In this document: positions 17,781 through 26,490 of the stretch, piece by piece
How positions within the stretch are numbered: the stretch's first letter is position 1
How the letters are laid out: every line of letters starts with the position of its first letter
Origin: a candidate division FCPU426 bacterium
GTDB taxonomy: Bacteria > Oederibacteriota > JAJYGY01 > DAIDJD01
Direction: 5' to 3'
Assembly: GCA_031365225.1 (NCBI GenBank)
Contig: JANLXT010000131.1
Span: 1 to 48,155, forward strand
DNA: 48,155 nt
Position numbers and translations under genes: made by a program
The notes under the pieces: generated by a model
Seen by the model: the letters and a program-made list of their open reading frames with translations, nothing else
Told to the model about the DNA's origin: nothing
The model's database searches: none

Positions 17781-19961
17781 CTAACGTAGCACAAATAATT
17801 TATTGATCGAACCCGACGCGGATTCTAGGTCCCGCTTTAAGCGCAGGCGGTAGTAATAGATGCCATTCGCAGCCTGATTCAACCATTCACTGGGAAGGCT
17901 CAGGCTGACCCAGCCCATTGGCAAGGGTCCTTGGCGCAGTTCGGCCACGCAGCGCATGCCCACGTCATAGATCCGTAGCTCAACTTCATCCACGTCACCA
18001 TCCAAGGCGACGCTCAACGTCCGAGGATTAGGGTTTGGCACAGGTGCTTGCGCCAGTATCTGCAGGCGTCCACGGCCACGGCCAGGGGCGCTGGGTATAA
18101 CTGTAAGCGTGGCGCTTGCCGCAGGGGTCTCGGTGCAAGAAGGCGAGGCAAAAATGGTCCCCGTCTCGGTGGGGGTGGTACTGCTTGTCGAGCTCAGCAA
18201 CGCCGTTGGCGTAGCGCTAAACGTTATGGTCGTGGTCGCCGTTGAGGTTCGCGTAGGTGTCGCCGTCCTTGTCGGCGAGTGCGAGGGAGTCACCGTGCGC
18301 GTGATCGAAGAAGAATCACTGGGGCTGCCTGTCGGGGACGCGGTCAGCGATGGGCTCGATGTTCGAGTAGCGCTAAGACTGGGTGTTTCAGTGACAGAAT
18401 AGAATGGGCTGGGTGATTGAGTGCCTGACACCGTGGGGCTAACCGTGACACTGAACACCGGTGTCGGCGAAAAACTGGCGGTGATCGAGGGTGTGCCCGT
18501 GCGTGTGGGTGACGGAGACACGCTGGGGCTACCTGATGGGGACGCGCTGGGCGACGGGCTAGCGGTCTTGGTGGCGCTTGGCGTCGGCGTTTCGCTTAGG
18601 GTAAAAAAAGGGGTCACACTCGGAGAGCGCGTGACACTGGGCGACTGTGTTCTGGTAGAGGTCTTTGTGAGCGTGGGGGTCCACGTGGGCGTCGCCGATG
18701 GCGCGGCGCAGGGGTCTGGCATCTGCTCAGGCGCCCACCAATTGCCCGAGGCCACCACCATGCAAATGAGCTTGATACTATCGTCAAAGTATTGGCCGCC
18801 TGTCGAAGCGGCCACTCGGGTCCAAAGGCTGTTTAACCACGCCTGATTGGTCGAATCAGACATGGCGGCGATCATGTAGGGGGCGGTGAAAGCCATGTCT
18901 TCGTAATTGCCTTGCACGACCCCTGCCAGCGTACGGCCTGACTTTACATTGGCCGCGTTGCCAGCGGCGGCCCCACGGATGAATGTGTTGATCTTGAGCA
19001 AGGCCGCAAAGGCGCGCGGATCGCCCGAGATCACCATGTCGCTACCGATGCGCCATGGGTCACGACAACCATTGTAGCCGTGGTCATCGTCTGTGGGGTT
19101 CTCTAAGAAACAAGGGTTAGTCTGGCACCACGCGTGGTTCGCCAGCACCGGGACAATTGGCGCAGTCGCTGGATTAGAGATAAAGTCAGGCATCAACCCT
19201 GTGGTCGCATGCGCCACCGATGTGACAATAAAATAGGTGTGATTGCGCACACCGTCCCAAGCGCTGTCGCCTGAGGCCCACTGAAAGGATTTATAATGCC
19301 CGACCATGAAATCCGAGGACCGGGTCGCGGGATAATAGGTTGTATCGCCAGAGTTGACCCAATTACCAAGTAAAACATATTTTTTTGTCAGATCCAGCTC
19401 TTGGGCCTTGATCGCAGTGACAACTTTAAGCCCTTCAACTTTATAATTGATCGCGCCGCAGCTGCCCCATTGGCGGTCGGCCATCAAGAGCGCCAGCGCG
19501 ATATCAAGGTCACCGTCCGACGCGCTATCGGCGCCATTGATATTCGCGCAAGCAGCGTTCTGCTGCCAGGCCATCAGGTCAGCGTGGGTAAGGGTGGGAT
19601 GAGCCCTAAAATATCGATACTGATCATCAAAAAAATTCTGGGCATCAGCGTCATAACCGGCCATCAAGACCGCGGCCAGCATGCCATAACCATGCGCTTC
19701 GCTGACAGTCTGGTTGGCACCGTCATAATTGATGCGTCGTCGCCCCGCCACGCAACCACCAATGGCGTAATTCGCCTTCCACGTGGTATAGAAATTTTGA
19801 ACCGCGAGATCCATTTGGGCGCGGGTCTGGTTGGTGGGCGTGATGACATTGGCCGCGTAAGCATACGTATGCGACCCAAAAGGGATCGCAGGCGTCACGG
19901 CAAACGCAGGGATAGGGACCAAAAAGAAGAGTAAAAGGGACAGACGCATTGATAAAAGCAT
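17781..19961 (-). CDS. GH8 glycoside hydrolase (endoglucanase/chitosanase type) with a long Ser/Thr/Pro linker and C-terminal sorting-type domain
   Basis: 'ASDGDLDIALALLMADRQW' fits the PROSITE GH8 signature A-[ST]-D-[AG]-D-x2-[IM]-A-x-[SA]-[LIVM]-[LIVMG]-x-A-x3-[FW] exactly. 'SEAHGYGML' is the catalytic-Glu region. The signal peptide is 'MRLSLLLFFLVPIPAFA'. The alternative start ATG 19949 may be the real one. Confidence 0.9.
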   Translation of the reverse strand: MLLSMRLSLLLFFLVPIPAFAVTPAIPFGSHTYAYAANVITPTNQTRAQMDLAVQNFYTTWKANYAIGGCVAGRRRINYDGANQTVSEAHGYGMLAAVLMAGYDADAQNFFDDQYRYFRAHPTLTHADLMAWQQNAACANINGADSASDGDLDIALALLMADRQWGSCGAINYKVEGLKVVTAIKAQELDLTKKYVLLGNWVNSGDTTYYPATRSSDFMVGHYKSFQWASGDSAWDGVRNHTYFIVTSVAHATTGLMPDFISNPATAPIVPVLANHAWCQTNPCFLENPTDDDHGYNGCRDPWRIGSDMVISGDPRAFAALLKINTFIRGAAAGNAANVKSGRTLAGVVQGNYEDMAFTAPYMIAAMSDSTNQAWLNSLWTRVAASTGGQYFDDSIKLICMVVASGNWWAPEQMPDPCAAPSATPTWTPTLTKTSTRTQSPSVTRSPSVTPFFTLSETPTPSATKTASPSPSASPSGSPSVSPSPTRTGTPSITASFSPTPVFSVTVSPTVSGTQSPSPFYSVTETPSLSATRTSSPSLTASPTGSPSDSSSITRTVTPSHSPTRTATPTRTSTATTTITFSATPTALLSSTSSTTPTETGTIFASPSCTETPAASATLTVIPSAPGRGRGRLQILAQAPVPNPNPRTLSVALDGDVDEVELRIYDVGMRCVAELRQGPLPMGWVSLSLPSEWLNQAANGIYYYRLRLKRDLESASGSINKLFVLR

Positions 19962-20023
19962 ACCCAGAATGGGCTCTTAAGTATGCTTTGTTTTGATTGA
20001 AACCATGTCGTTTTTAGATAGAA

Positions 20024-21175
20024 CTATGCTGAATAAAGCTGAAAAAGTGCGCCACGCATGTTGGTTTTATACTCTCGAGCAAATTCACGCCCATGGGCTT
20101 TTAGGAGCTGGGCGGCATGTTTTATAGACCAAGCTTGGCTCCGGTTGGGGGCCTGCAGCACCGAAACACGCGTAGCGCCCACCCGTTGCCAGCGGCCCTG
20201 TGACCCTTGCACGCTACCAGCGACCAACCAACAGGGCTTGCGCGCACGCTGGGCGTAAAGACTGATCGCAATAGGTAGCTTGCCTGCCAAAGACTGAGCG
20301 TCCAAGCGACCTTCTCCACTGATGACCCAGTCGCAGGTTTGTAGGCGTTCTTTAAAACCAGTCAAACGCAACAGCGTTGCTGCACCCGCCACCAGGCGCG
20401 CGCCCGCAAAAGCTTGCAACCCTGCGCCCAGACCACCCGCCGCACCTGAACCAGCGCGCTTAGACAAGGACTTGGGCAGATGACGAGCTAGGACGCGTAA
20501 GCCTTTATCCAAACGCAGGACCTGCGCGCGACTAGCGCCTTTTTGTGGGCTATAGACAAAAGCTGCGCCGTGCCGACCAAAGAGGGGGCTGTCCACATCA
20601 CACAGGACTTGCAACCGCATGCCTTGTAATGCTGGCTTGACTGGCCGCTTTAACTGCACAAGCTCGACAAGCGAAGCTCCTCCGGCGGCTAGCGCCCGGC
20701 CATGCCGATCTAAAAATTCCCATCCGAGGGCTCGGGCCATGCCCATGCCACCGTCCGTCGTCGCGCTACCACCCAAACCTAGCCAGACCTCACGGATACC
20801 TTTGCGCCGTAGCGCTAAGAGCAGCTGACCTAGGCCCTGACTATCGCTACGCAATGCGTCGCGGCGTTTGGCTGGCACGAGCATCAGACCGATCGCTTGG
20901 GCCGATTCCACCACCGCGCGCTTGCCAGGCAGCTCTAACCATCGGGCCAAAACTGGCTGACCCAAAGGACCCGCGACCCGCGATCGGCGTAGCCTGCCTC
21001 CCAAAGACGCGCGTACGGCCAGCAACAGGCCAGGCCCACCATCTGAAAGCGGCAAGCACTCACAACGGGCTTTGGGAAGCACCTTTTGAATGCCCTTTGC
21101 CAGAGCGCGCCCCGCCGCAACAGCGTCCAGGCTGCCTTTAAAATCATTAGGCGCGATCAAAAAACGGGGTGTCAT
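20024..21175 (-). CDS. glxK: Glycerate kinase (GlxK/GarK family)
   Basis: N-terminus 'FLIAPNDFKGSLDAVAAGRALAKGI' and overall length (383 aa) are typical of the glycerate kinase family. It has a 4-nt overlap with the upstream gene. Confidence 0.8.
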   Translation of the reverse strand: MTPRFLIAPNDFKGSLDAVAAGRALAKGIQKVLPKARCECLPLSDGGPGLLLAVRASLGGRLRRSRVAGPLGQPVLARWLELPGKRAVVESAQAIGLMLVPAKRRDALRSDSQGLGQLLLALRRKGIREVWLGLGGSATTDGGMGMARALGWEFLDRHGRALAAGGASLVELVQLKRPVKPALQGMRLQVLCDVDSPLFGRHGAAFVYSPQKGASRAQVLRLDKGLRVLARHLPKSLSKRAGSGAAGGLGAGLQAFAGARLVAGAATLLRLTGFKERLQTCDWVISGEGRLDAQSLAGKLPIAISLYAQRARKPCWLVAGSVQGSQGRWQRVGATRVSVLQAPNRSQAWSIKHAAQLLKAHGREFAREYKTNMRGALFQLYSA

Positions 21176-21963
21176 GCTCTCGCCGTCTGGCTGTTTATCC
21201 AGTCCCGCGCGACACGCAGGCTGCCCAATAGCTCGGCCACAGGATCCCCATCAAAATGACTTTGCTCGGCGATCCACCACTGACAACCCACCTGAGCCGA
21301 TGCCTCAAAAATACCTGGCCAAGCCAACAAGCCTTGACCAAGCGCCGCGCTACGCGCTGCCCCAGCCTCTGAAAGCTGGATGTCTTTCAGGTGCAGCAAG
21401 GGTGCTTGGCCAGCTAGGCGGGCGTACTCTTGGGCCGGATCAAGGCCTCCCTGCTGAGTCCAAAAAGTATCGAGCTCTAGCTTGAGCGCTGGTCCGGCGG
21501 CGGCACAGAGCCTGTCCAACACCATGCTTCCATCCACGCGCCGGTGCTCAGTTAGATGTGGATGATAAGCTAAGGTGAGGCCTTGCCCAGCCAAGAGCTC
21601 CGCGGCCCGTCCCAGCGCCTTTCCGGTGGCGCGTATCTCTACGGCATTGGCAAGGCCTGCCCCTGAAGGCAACGAACAAACACAATAATCACAGGCGAAG
21701 CGTTTAACGGTGTCGATGCAAGCTTGCGGACGAGATAAAAGATCCTCTGTGCGCTGATGAAAAGCGCAGCAAGCCAAGCCAGCTCGGGTGATGGCGGCAG
21801 CCAAATCGATGGCGCTCATAAAGTCCAAGGGCACGGCTTCGATGTTAGCGCAAGCACCCGCCTTTAAAGCGTCAAGGGCCCCTTCAAGCCCCGCACGGTC
21901 GCTCAAGAGCGGACGCAAGCTAAAGAGCTGTATCGCCAAGCTTGGAAAGCCAGCGGGGCTCAC
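21172..21963 (-). CDS. Sugar phosphate isomerase/epimerase (xylose-isomerase-like TIM barrel)
   Basis: 'LAYHPHLTEH', 'LDTFW' and 'LLHLKD' are the metal-ligand strands of AP_endonuc_2/xylose-isomerase-like barrels. I prefer the GTG at 21963, which overlaps the upstream TGA (GTGA), over the track's TTG at 22005, which lies 46 nt inside the upstream gene. Confidence 0.75.
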   Translation of the reverse strand: MSPAGFPSLAIQLFSLRPLLSDRAGLEGALDALKAGACANIEAVPLDFMSAIDLAAAITRAGLACCAFHQRTEDLLSRPQACIDTVKRFACDYCVCSLPSGAGLANAVEIRATGKALGRAAELLAGQGLTLAYHPHLTEHRRVDGSMVLDRLCAAAGPALKLELDTFWTQQGGLDPAQEYARLAGQAPLLHLKDIQLSEAGAARSAALGQGLLAWPGIFEASAQVGCQWWIAEQSHFDGDPVAELLGSLRVARDWINSQTARA

Positions 21964-22973
21964 AGCATGCCCAGTTTTTTTAGCGCCGCTTCCATGCTCT
22001 GGCAATTGGCCAGCGCTTTGGCGGGATCCTGGGGATCTTGCCAGAGCGCGCCCAGACGCTGACGGGTCTCAGGGCCAAGCCGCGCCAGCGGATCCAAGCT
22101 GCGCGCGGCTCTAAAATCTAAAAGGCTGCGCGCCGCTGCGCGCGTGAGGTAGGCGCTAGAGCAGGCATGCGCCTTAAGCGCGGATGAGGGCAGCTCATTC
22201 AATATCTCTTCGGTGCCATAGGTGGCCAAAGCCGCGTACTCTTTGCTGGCTTGGGGCACATTATCGATGATCTCATCAGCTTTTAGGAACATCGGCACAT
22301 TGAAGGTGTAGGCCAATTCAGGGACGTCTGCGGGGTTTTTGAACAACAACGGCCAATCCAACATCTGTTGATGCCGATTGGCCTGGTTCATGGGCACCGT
22401 GATCATGCCCGCTTCGCCTTGCAAGGGCGTCTCCGCCCCGTGAAAGCCCCAGTGACCGTCCATGCCATTGCCTTTGATCTGCAAGATGAACGCGCCCTTG
22501 GTTTTAAGGTCCAGGAGCGATCGAGCATAACTTAGGGCGACGCTCTCATCGGCCGGGTCGCCACAAAGCTCTAAAGCATGCACGGGACCAAGCGCACGAC
22601 AAGCATCTTTGAGCAAGCTATAAAAACGCGCCTCTAAAAGGTGGCGAAAGCTTGCTTTAAAGCGAGGGCTGCTGCGCGCGAGGGGATAGTCATCAAATTG
22701 AAAAAAATGGGTGCGGGCAAGGATCTTGGCGAGGTTAGCGTCACGCTGCGCCAGGCTGATAAATGCGCTATAAAAAGAGAACGCGCTAGGCGCGGCCATG
22801 GTCCACAGCACGCAATCCCGCCCTGCCGAAGTGGCGTTTTGCAAAGCGGCAGCGGCTTGCTCGGCAGTACGCAAGCCCAGCTCAGCTTCTGTGTCCACGA
22901 TCCGGACACAGGTCTTGCCCGCTTGAAACTCGACCTCAGGCGCCGACACGGCAGGTTTTTTCGGCGCCTTCAA
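21960..22973 (-). CDS. NagB/6-phosphogluconolactonase-superfamily protein (glucosamine-6-phosphate deaminase-like), atypically long
   Basis: Its layout is colinear with NagB: 'CVLWTMAAPSAFSFYSAF' (cf. 'VLGLPTGGTP'), 'FFQFDDYPL' (cf. 'FNMDEYVGL') and 'IKGNGMDGHWGFHG' (cf. 'GGVGNDGHIAFNEP'). Confidence 0.6.
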   Translation of the reverse strand: MKAPKKPAVSAPEVEFQAGKTCVRIVDTEAELGLRTAEQAAAALQNATSAGRDCVLWTMAAPSAFSFYSAFISLAQRDANLAKILARTHFFQFDDYPLARSSPRFKASFRHLLEARFYSLLKDACRALGPVHALELCGDPADESVALSYARSLLDLKTKGAFILQIKGNGMDGHWGFHGAETPLQGEAGMITVPMNQANRHQQMLDWPLLFKNPADVPELAYTFNVPMFLKADEIIDNVPQASKEYAALATYGTEEILNELPSSALKAHACSSAYLTRAAARSLLDFRAARSLDPLARLGPETRQRLGALWQDPQDPAKALANCQSMEAALKKLGML

Positions 22974-22994
22974 AGCAGAGCCATCGCAGGCCGC

Positions 22995-23981
22995 TCAAAC
23001 CCGTCCCTTGCGCACATCGGGATTGATCAGGTTAGGTGGCAGCTCGCCCTTCAAGCAAGCGATCACATTCAGCGCCGCCATGCGCGCCATTTTGATGCGC
23101 GTCTCGATCGTCGCGCTACCAAGATGCGGCGGTAGCACGGCGTTCTCTTGGTGCGCTAAGCCTGCTGCTAATAAGGGTTCTTCCTCATAAACATCCAGTC
23201 CCGCGCCAGCGATACGCCCTTCAGCCAAAGCTCGCACAAGCGCCTTCTCGTCCACCACGGGCCCACGCGCCGTATTGATAAGATAAGCGGACGGTTTCAT
23301 CGCGGTCAGCTCTTTAAGCCCTATCAGATGCGTGGTCTCAGGCGTCAGGGGGCAATGCAAGGACACAAAATCAGACTCGGCCAACAGGGTGACCATGTCC
23401 ACATGCCGCGCGTTCAGCTCGCGCTCGCGCTGCGGGTCCAAGCGCTGGCGCTTGGTGTAGAGCACGGGCATGCGAAAGCCCTTGGCGCGCTCAGCAACCG
23501 CTTCGCCGATGCGGCCCATGCCCACGATCCCTAAGGTCTTACCACTGACATCCCGACCCAACATGTAAAGCGGTCCCCAGCCTTTGAAAGCGCCGGCGCG
23601 CGTGACCCGGTCGCCCTCACTGACGCGTCGGGCCGTGTCCAAGATCAGCGCCCAGGTCAGGTCCGCTGTGCAGTCGGTCAGCACACCAGGCGTGTTGGTC
23701 ACGGCGATACCCCGGGCTGTAGCGGCGGCCACATCGATGTTGTTGATGCCCACTGCGTAATTGGCCACCACCTTTAGCTGCGGGTTCATGTCCAACAGGT
23801 CCGCATCGATGCGATCGGTTAAGATGCACAACAGCGCATCGTGCTCGCGGACCCCGCGCTCTAGGTCAGCGCGCGAGATGATCGCGTCCTGAACAGCCAC
23901 GGTGACCTGGGCATGCTCGCGCAACAAAGCGATGCCCTCGGACGGTATGGCGCGGCTTACAAAAACTTTAGGAAGGCTCAC
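22995..23981 (-). CDS. D-isomer-specific 2-hydroxyacid dehydrogenase (glyoxylate/hydroxypyruvate reductase, GhrB-like)
   Basis: NAD-binding motif 'GKTLGIVGMGRIGEAVAERA', plus 'LINTARGPVVDE' and 'AGLDVYEEEP'. I prefer the GTG at 23981, which has SD GAGGAG and a 6-nt spacer. The track's TTG at 24017 overlaps the upstream gene. Confidence 0.9.
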   Translation of the reverse strand: MSLPKVFVSRAIPSEGIALLREHAQVTVAVQDAIISRADLERGVREHDALLCILTDRIDADLLDMNPQLKVVANYAVGINNIDVAAATARGIAVTNTPGVLTDCTADLTWALILDTARRVSEGDRVTRAGAFKGWGPLYMLGRDVSGKTLGIVGMGRIGEAVAERAKGFRMPVLYTKRQRLDPQRERELNARHVDMVTLLAESDFVSLHCPLTPETTHLIGLKELTAMKPSAYLINTARGPVVDEKALVRALAEGRIAGAGLDVYEEEPLLAAGLAHQENAVLPPHLGSATIETRIKMARMAALNVIACLKGELPPNLINPDVRKGRV

Positions 23982-24001
23982 CCAAGGCTCCTCAGTGTGG
24001 C

Positions 24002-24913
24002 TTAGACTAACGCCCAAGCTTGTTTAAACGTGCGCTTACAATTGGCGATGACCATCTCAGAGCTGACGCCCGCCGAGGGTTTCATCTCAAAGCCTACAAA
24101 GGGCCTTTTGCCTTCGCCCAGATAACCGATGTCAAAGAGCGCTCTCAGGTACGCGGCCAATTCTTTGGCGCCACTTTCGCCGCCTTCTACGCCAAAAAGC
24201 GGGTGCTGATCGCCATAGAGAGGGTGCCCTAGTTGTTTGACGCAGTTGCCCATATGAGCCTGCACTAAAAAATCTCGCAGGTCGCCCAAACTCTGGGCGG
24301 GAGTCTCATCCAACAACGGGATATGGGACAGGTCGTGCCCCAGGCCAAAATCTGCTAGCTCGTGCCGCATGGCTTGGGCTAAGCGCTTAGCGATCTGGCG
24401 TGGCCCGATCAAGCATTTTTTCTCTACCGTTTGATCAAAGACCTTAACCGCGATGGGCAGGCCTTTGGTCTTGGCGTAGGCACCGACTTCTTTCAGGCTC
24501 TCGATCAGCCAGCCCAACGCCGCCTCGCGTTGCGCGTCCCCGGGATCTGGGCCAGAGAGCATCGAAAAGCTTTGCGCGCCCATCTCTTCAGCCATGTCCA
24601 CGCACTCTTTCATGAGCTTCACGCCAACCGCACGTTTGGCTCCATCTGCGTCGTTTAAATTAACGCCAGCCTTCAATTGGGCGCATTGCCCTGCAAAATT
24701 AACGCGCAAACCGCTCTGCCGCAATGTAGCCGCGGCTGCCTTGCGGTCCTGCGCGTCTTTGATCCACGTCACATCAATGGCCGTAAAAAAGCCGTCCTCG
24801 GCCACCCGCCGTATGCTGTCGGGGATGGATCGATCCACCCCCTCTAACGCCACAGGAAAAGCCATAGGATGTACCAAGCCGAGCGTCATATAACTATCCC
24901 AGATCGTGTTCAT
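24002..24913 (-). CDS. Sugar phosphate isomerase/epimerase (xylose-isomerase-like TIM barrel), second copy
   Basis: 303 aa. The alternating beta/alpha pattern includes 'FTAIDVTW', 'AQSFSMLSG', 'IAVKVFD' and 'QAHMGN'. Family-level call only. Confidence 0.6.
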   Translation of the reverse strand: MNTIWDSYMTLGLVHPMAFPVALEGVDRSIPDSIRRVAEDGFFTAIDVTWIKDAQDRKAAAATLRQSGLRVNFAGQCAQLKAGVNLNDADGAKRAVGVKLMKECVDMAEEMGAQSFSMLSGPDPGDAQREAALGWLIESLKEVGAYAKTKGLPIAVKVFDQTVEKKCLIGPRQIAKRLAQAMRHELADFGLGHDLSHIPLLDETPAQSLGDLRDFLVQAHMGNCVKQLGHPLYGDQHPLFGVEGGESGAKELAAYLRALFDIGYLGEGKRPFVGFEMKPSAGVSSEMVIANCKRTFKQAWALV

Positions 24914-24930
24914 CGCTCTCTCCGTGTGAT

Positions 24931-26115
24931 CTAGCGGACCAAGGCTTCCATGTCCAAGGCCGCTTGATTAAATACCAGCGTTGTCTCAACGACTGGCCCA
25001 AAATCGGGCCAAGCTTCTGGTGCCAAACCGTCCTCATCATAGATCTTGTGAAAAAAATCATAGCGCAATAATTTCTCTAAGATTAACGCGGGAGGCTCTT
25101 GGTCGATGCCTCGAAGCAGCGTCTCACCATCATAAGCCCGTAAAAACGCCTCTAAAATATCTGGAAAGATGGTCAGCACGATGTCCGCTCCCAGCAATTT
25201 TTCGATGTGCCAGACGTGAGCCTTGCCCCTTTGATCAGGGCCTTTGCGCATCGAAGCGGCAAGCAGCTTGCTCTCGTAGCCCCGCTCTTTGAAAAGGCGG
25301 TAAGCTTTTTTGAAAACAGCCAACCCAGCCCAGCGGCGCTCTTCTTCGCCCAAGGTCTCACCCCGCTGCTCCGCTTCGGCCTTAAGATCTTGACAATCTT
25401 CGGTGCGACCCAGCATAAAGGTGACGACCGAGCGAAAACGGCTCAAGTCCACCCCGTTGCGCCGGGCGCTCTCCAAGCCGCGTTTGACGGCCTCGGCCAC
25501 GGCTAGCAACTGGCTCAGGCTAAAGGTCAACGTCGCGTTGGTGGGGATGCCCATGGCGCTCAAGATCTCGATGCCATGGATCCCCTCGCGGGTGGCTGGC
25601 ATCTTGACCATCACGTTAGGCGCCAGACGGCGCAAGCGCAACGCCATCGCCAGCATCTTTTCTAGATCGTGGTAATCGCGATTATCCACTTGGCCAGACA
25701 GATAACCCCGCTGGCCAGCGCTGGCGTCATAGACGGGCCGGAACATAGCAGCGCCCTCTTGGATGATGCCGCTATAAAGGCTGTAAAAGCCCTCGGCCTG
25801 CCCTAAGCCTTGCGCCTTGATCGCGGTCAGGGCCACCTGATAACGTGACGCCTGTTCTTTAATCACCTGCATGGACAAAGGGGGGTTGGTGGTCACCCCG
25901 CTCAAGAGGCTCTTGGCTACCTGGCTAGGGTCGTAGAGCTTAGTCAACTGCTCAGCCCAATACTCGCGCTTGGCTCCGTCCTGTTCCCTCGCCAAAAAAT
26001 CCAGCTTCCAAGCCTCTAAAACCATGGGCGAAGAATCTAGCCAGACCTCTGTATCTGGATTTAGCTCTATCAGTCGGCTCACTGCATTCACGCACGCACC
26101 CCTTGGGTTCAGCAA
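24931..26115 (-). CDS. tal: Transaldolase-family protein (long form)
   Basis: 'GVTTNPPL' matches the TTNP motif. 'VMVKMPATREGI' is the Schiff-base Lys strand (cf. 'KIPAT.EG'). The start is uncertain: TTG at 26115, or GTG at 26091 with SD AAGGGG. Confidence 0.8.
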   Translation of the reverse strand: MLNPRGACVNAVSRLIELNPDTEVWLDSSPMVLEAWKLDFLAREQDGAKREYWAEQLTKLYDPSQVAKSLLSGVTTNPPLSMQVIKEQASRYQVALTAIKAQGLGQAEGFYSLYSGIIQEGAAMFRPVYDASAGQRGYLSGQVDNRDYHDLEKMLAMALRLRRLAPNVMVKMPATREGIHGIEILSAMGIPTNATLTFSLSQLLAVAEAVKRGLESARRNGVDLSRFRSVVTFMLGRTEDCQDLKAEAEQRGETLGEEERRWAGLAVFKKAYRLFKERGYESKLLAASMRKGPDQRGKAHVWHIEKLLGADIVLTIFPDILEAFLRAYDGETLLRGIDQEPPALILEKLLRYDFFHKIYDEDGLAPEAWPDFGPVVETTLVFNQAALDMEALVR

Positions 26116-26187
26116 CAGAAACGCCTGCGCTGCCTACGCTCTCTGATGTCCTTTATTGTATCAAACATAGCCGTGTTGCTACGATCC

Positions 26188-26490
26188 CTAACGCAAGACC
26201 ACGAGCTTGCCCACGGGCCCGCTGACTTGCTCACCGTCACCGCGCACGCGCACGCGGTAGTAATAGAGCCCGTTGGGCGCTTGCTCCAACCAGTCTGTGG
26301 GCAGGCCCAGCCTGGTCCAGCCTGCGCTGAGCGGTCCCTGCCTGATGCTGCTCACCAAGCGCATGCCCACGTCATAGATCCGCAGCTCAGACTCGTCCAC
26401 ATCATTCTCTAACGAGACCGCGAGCGCCTGTGGGTTGGGATTGGGCACCGCGGCTTGGGCCAACAAGTTTGGTTTGCCTTTTTTCTTGGA
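26188..26490 (-). repeat. ~300-nt CTD-encoding cassette, copy 1 (3' end of the GH16 gene)
   Basis: Aligns without gaps to 28426-28727. I counted roughly 15-20 mismatches by eye. Similarity stops abruptly at the KKKGK codons. Confidence 0.9.
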
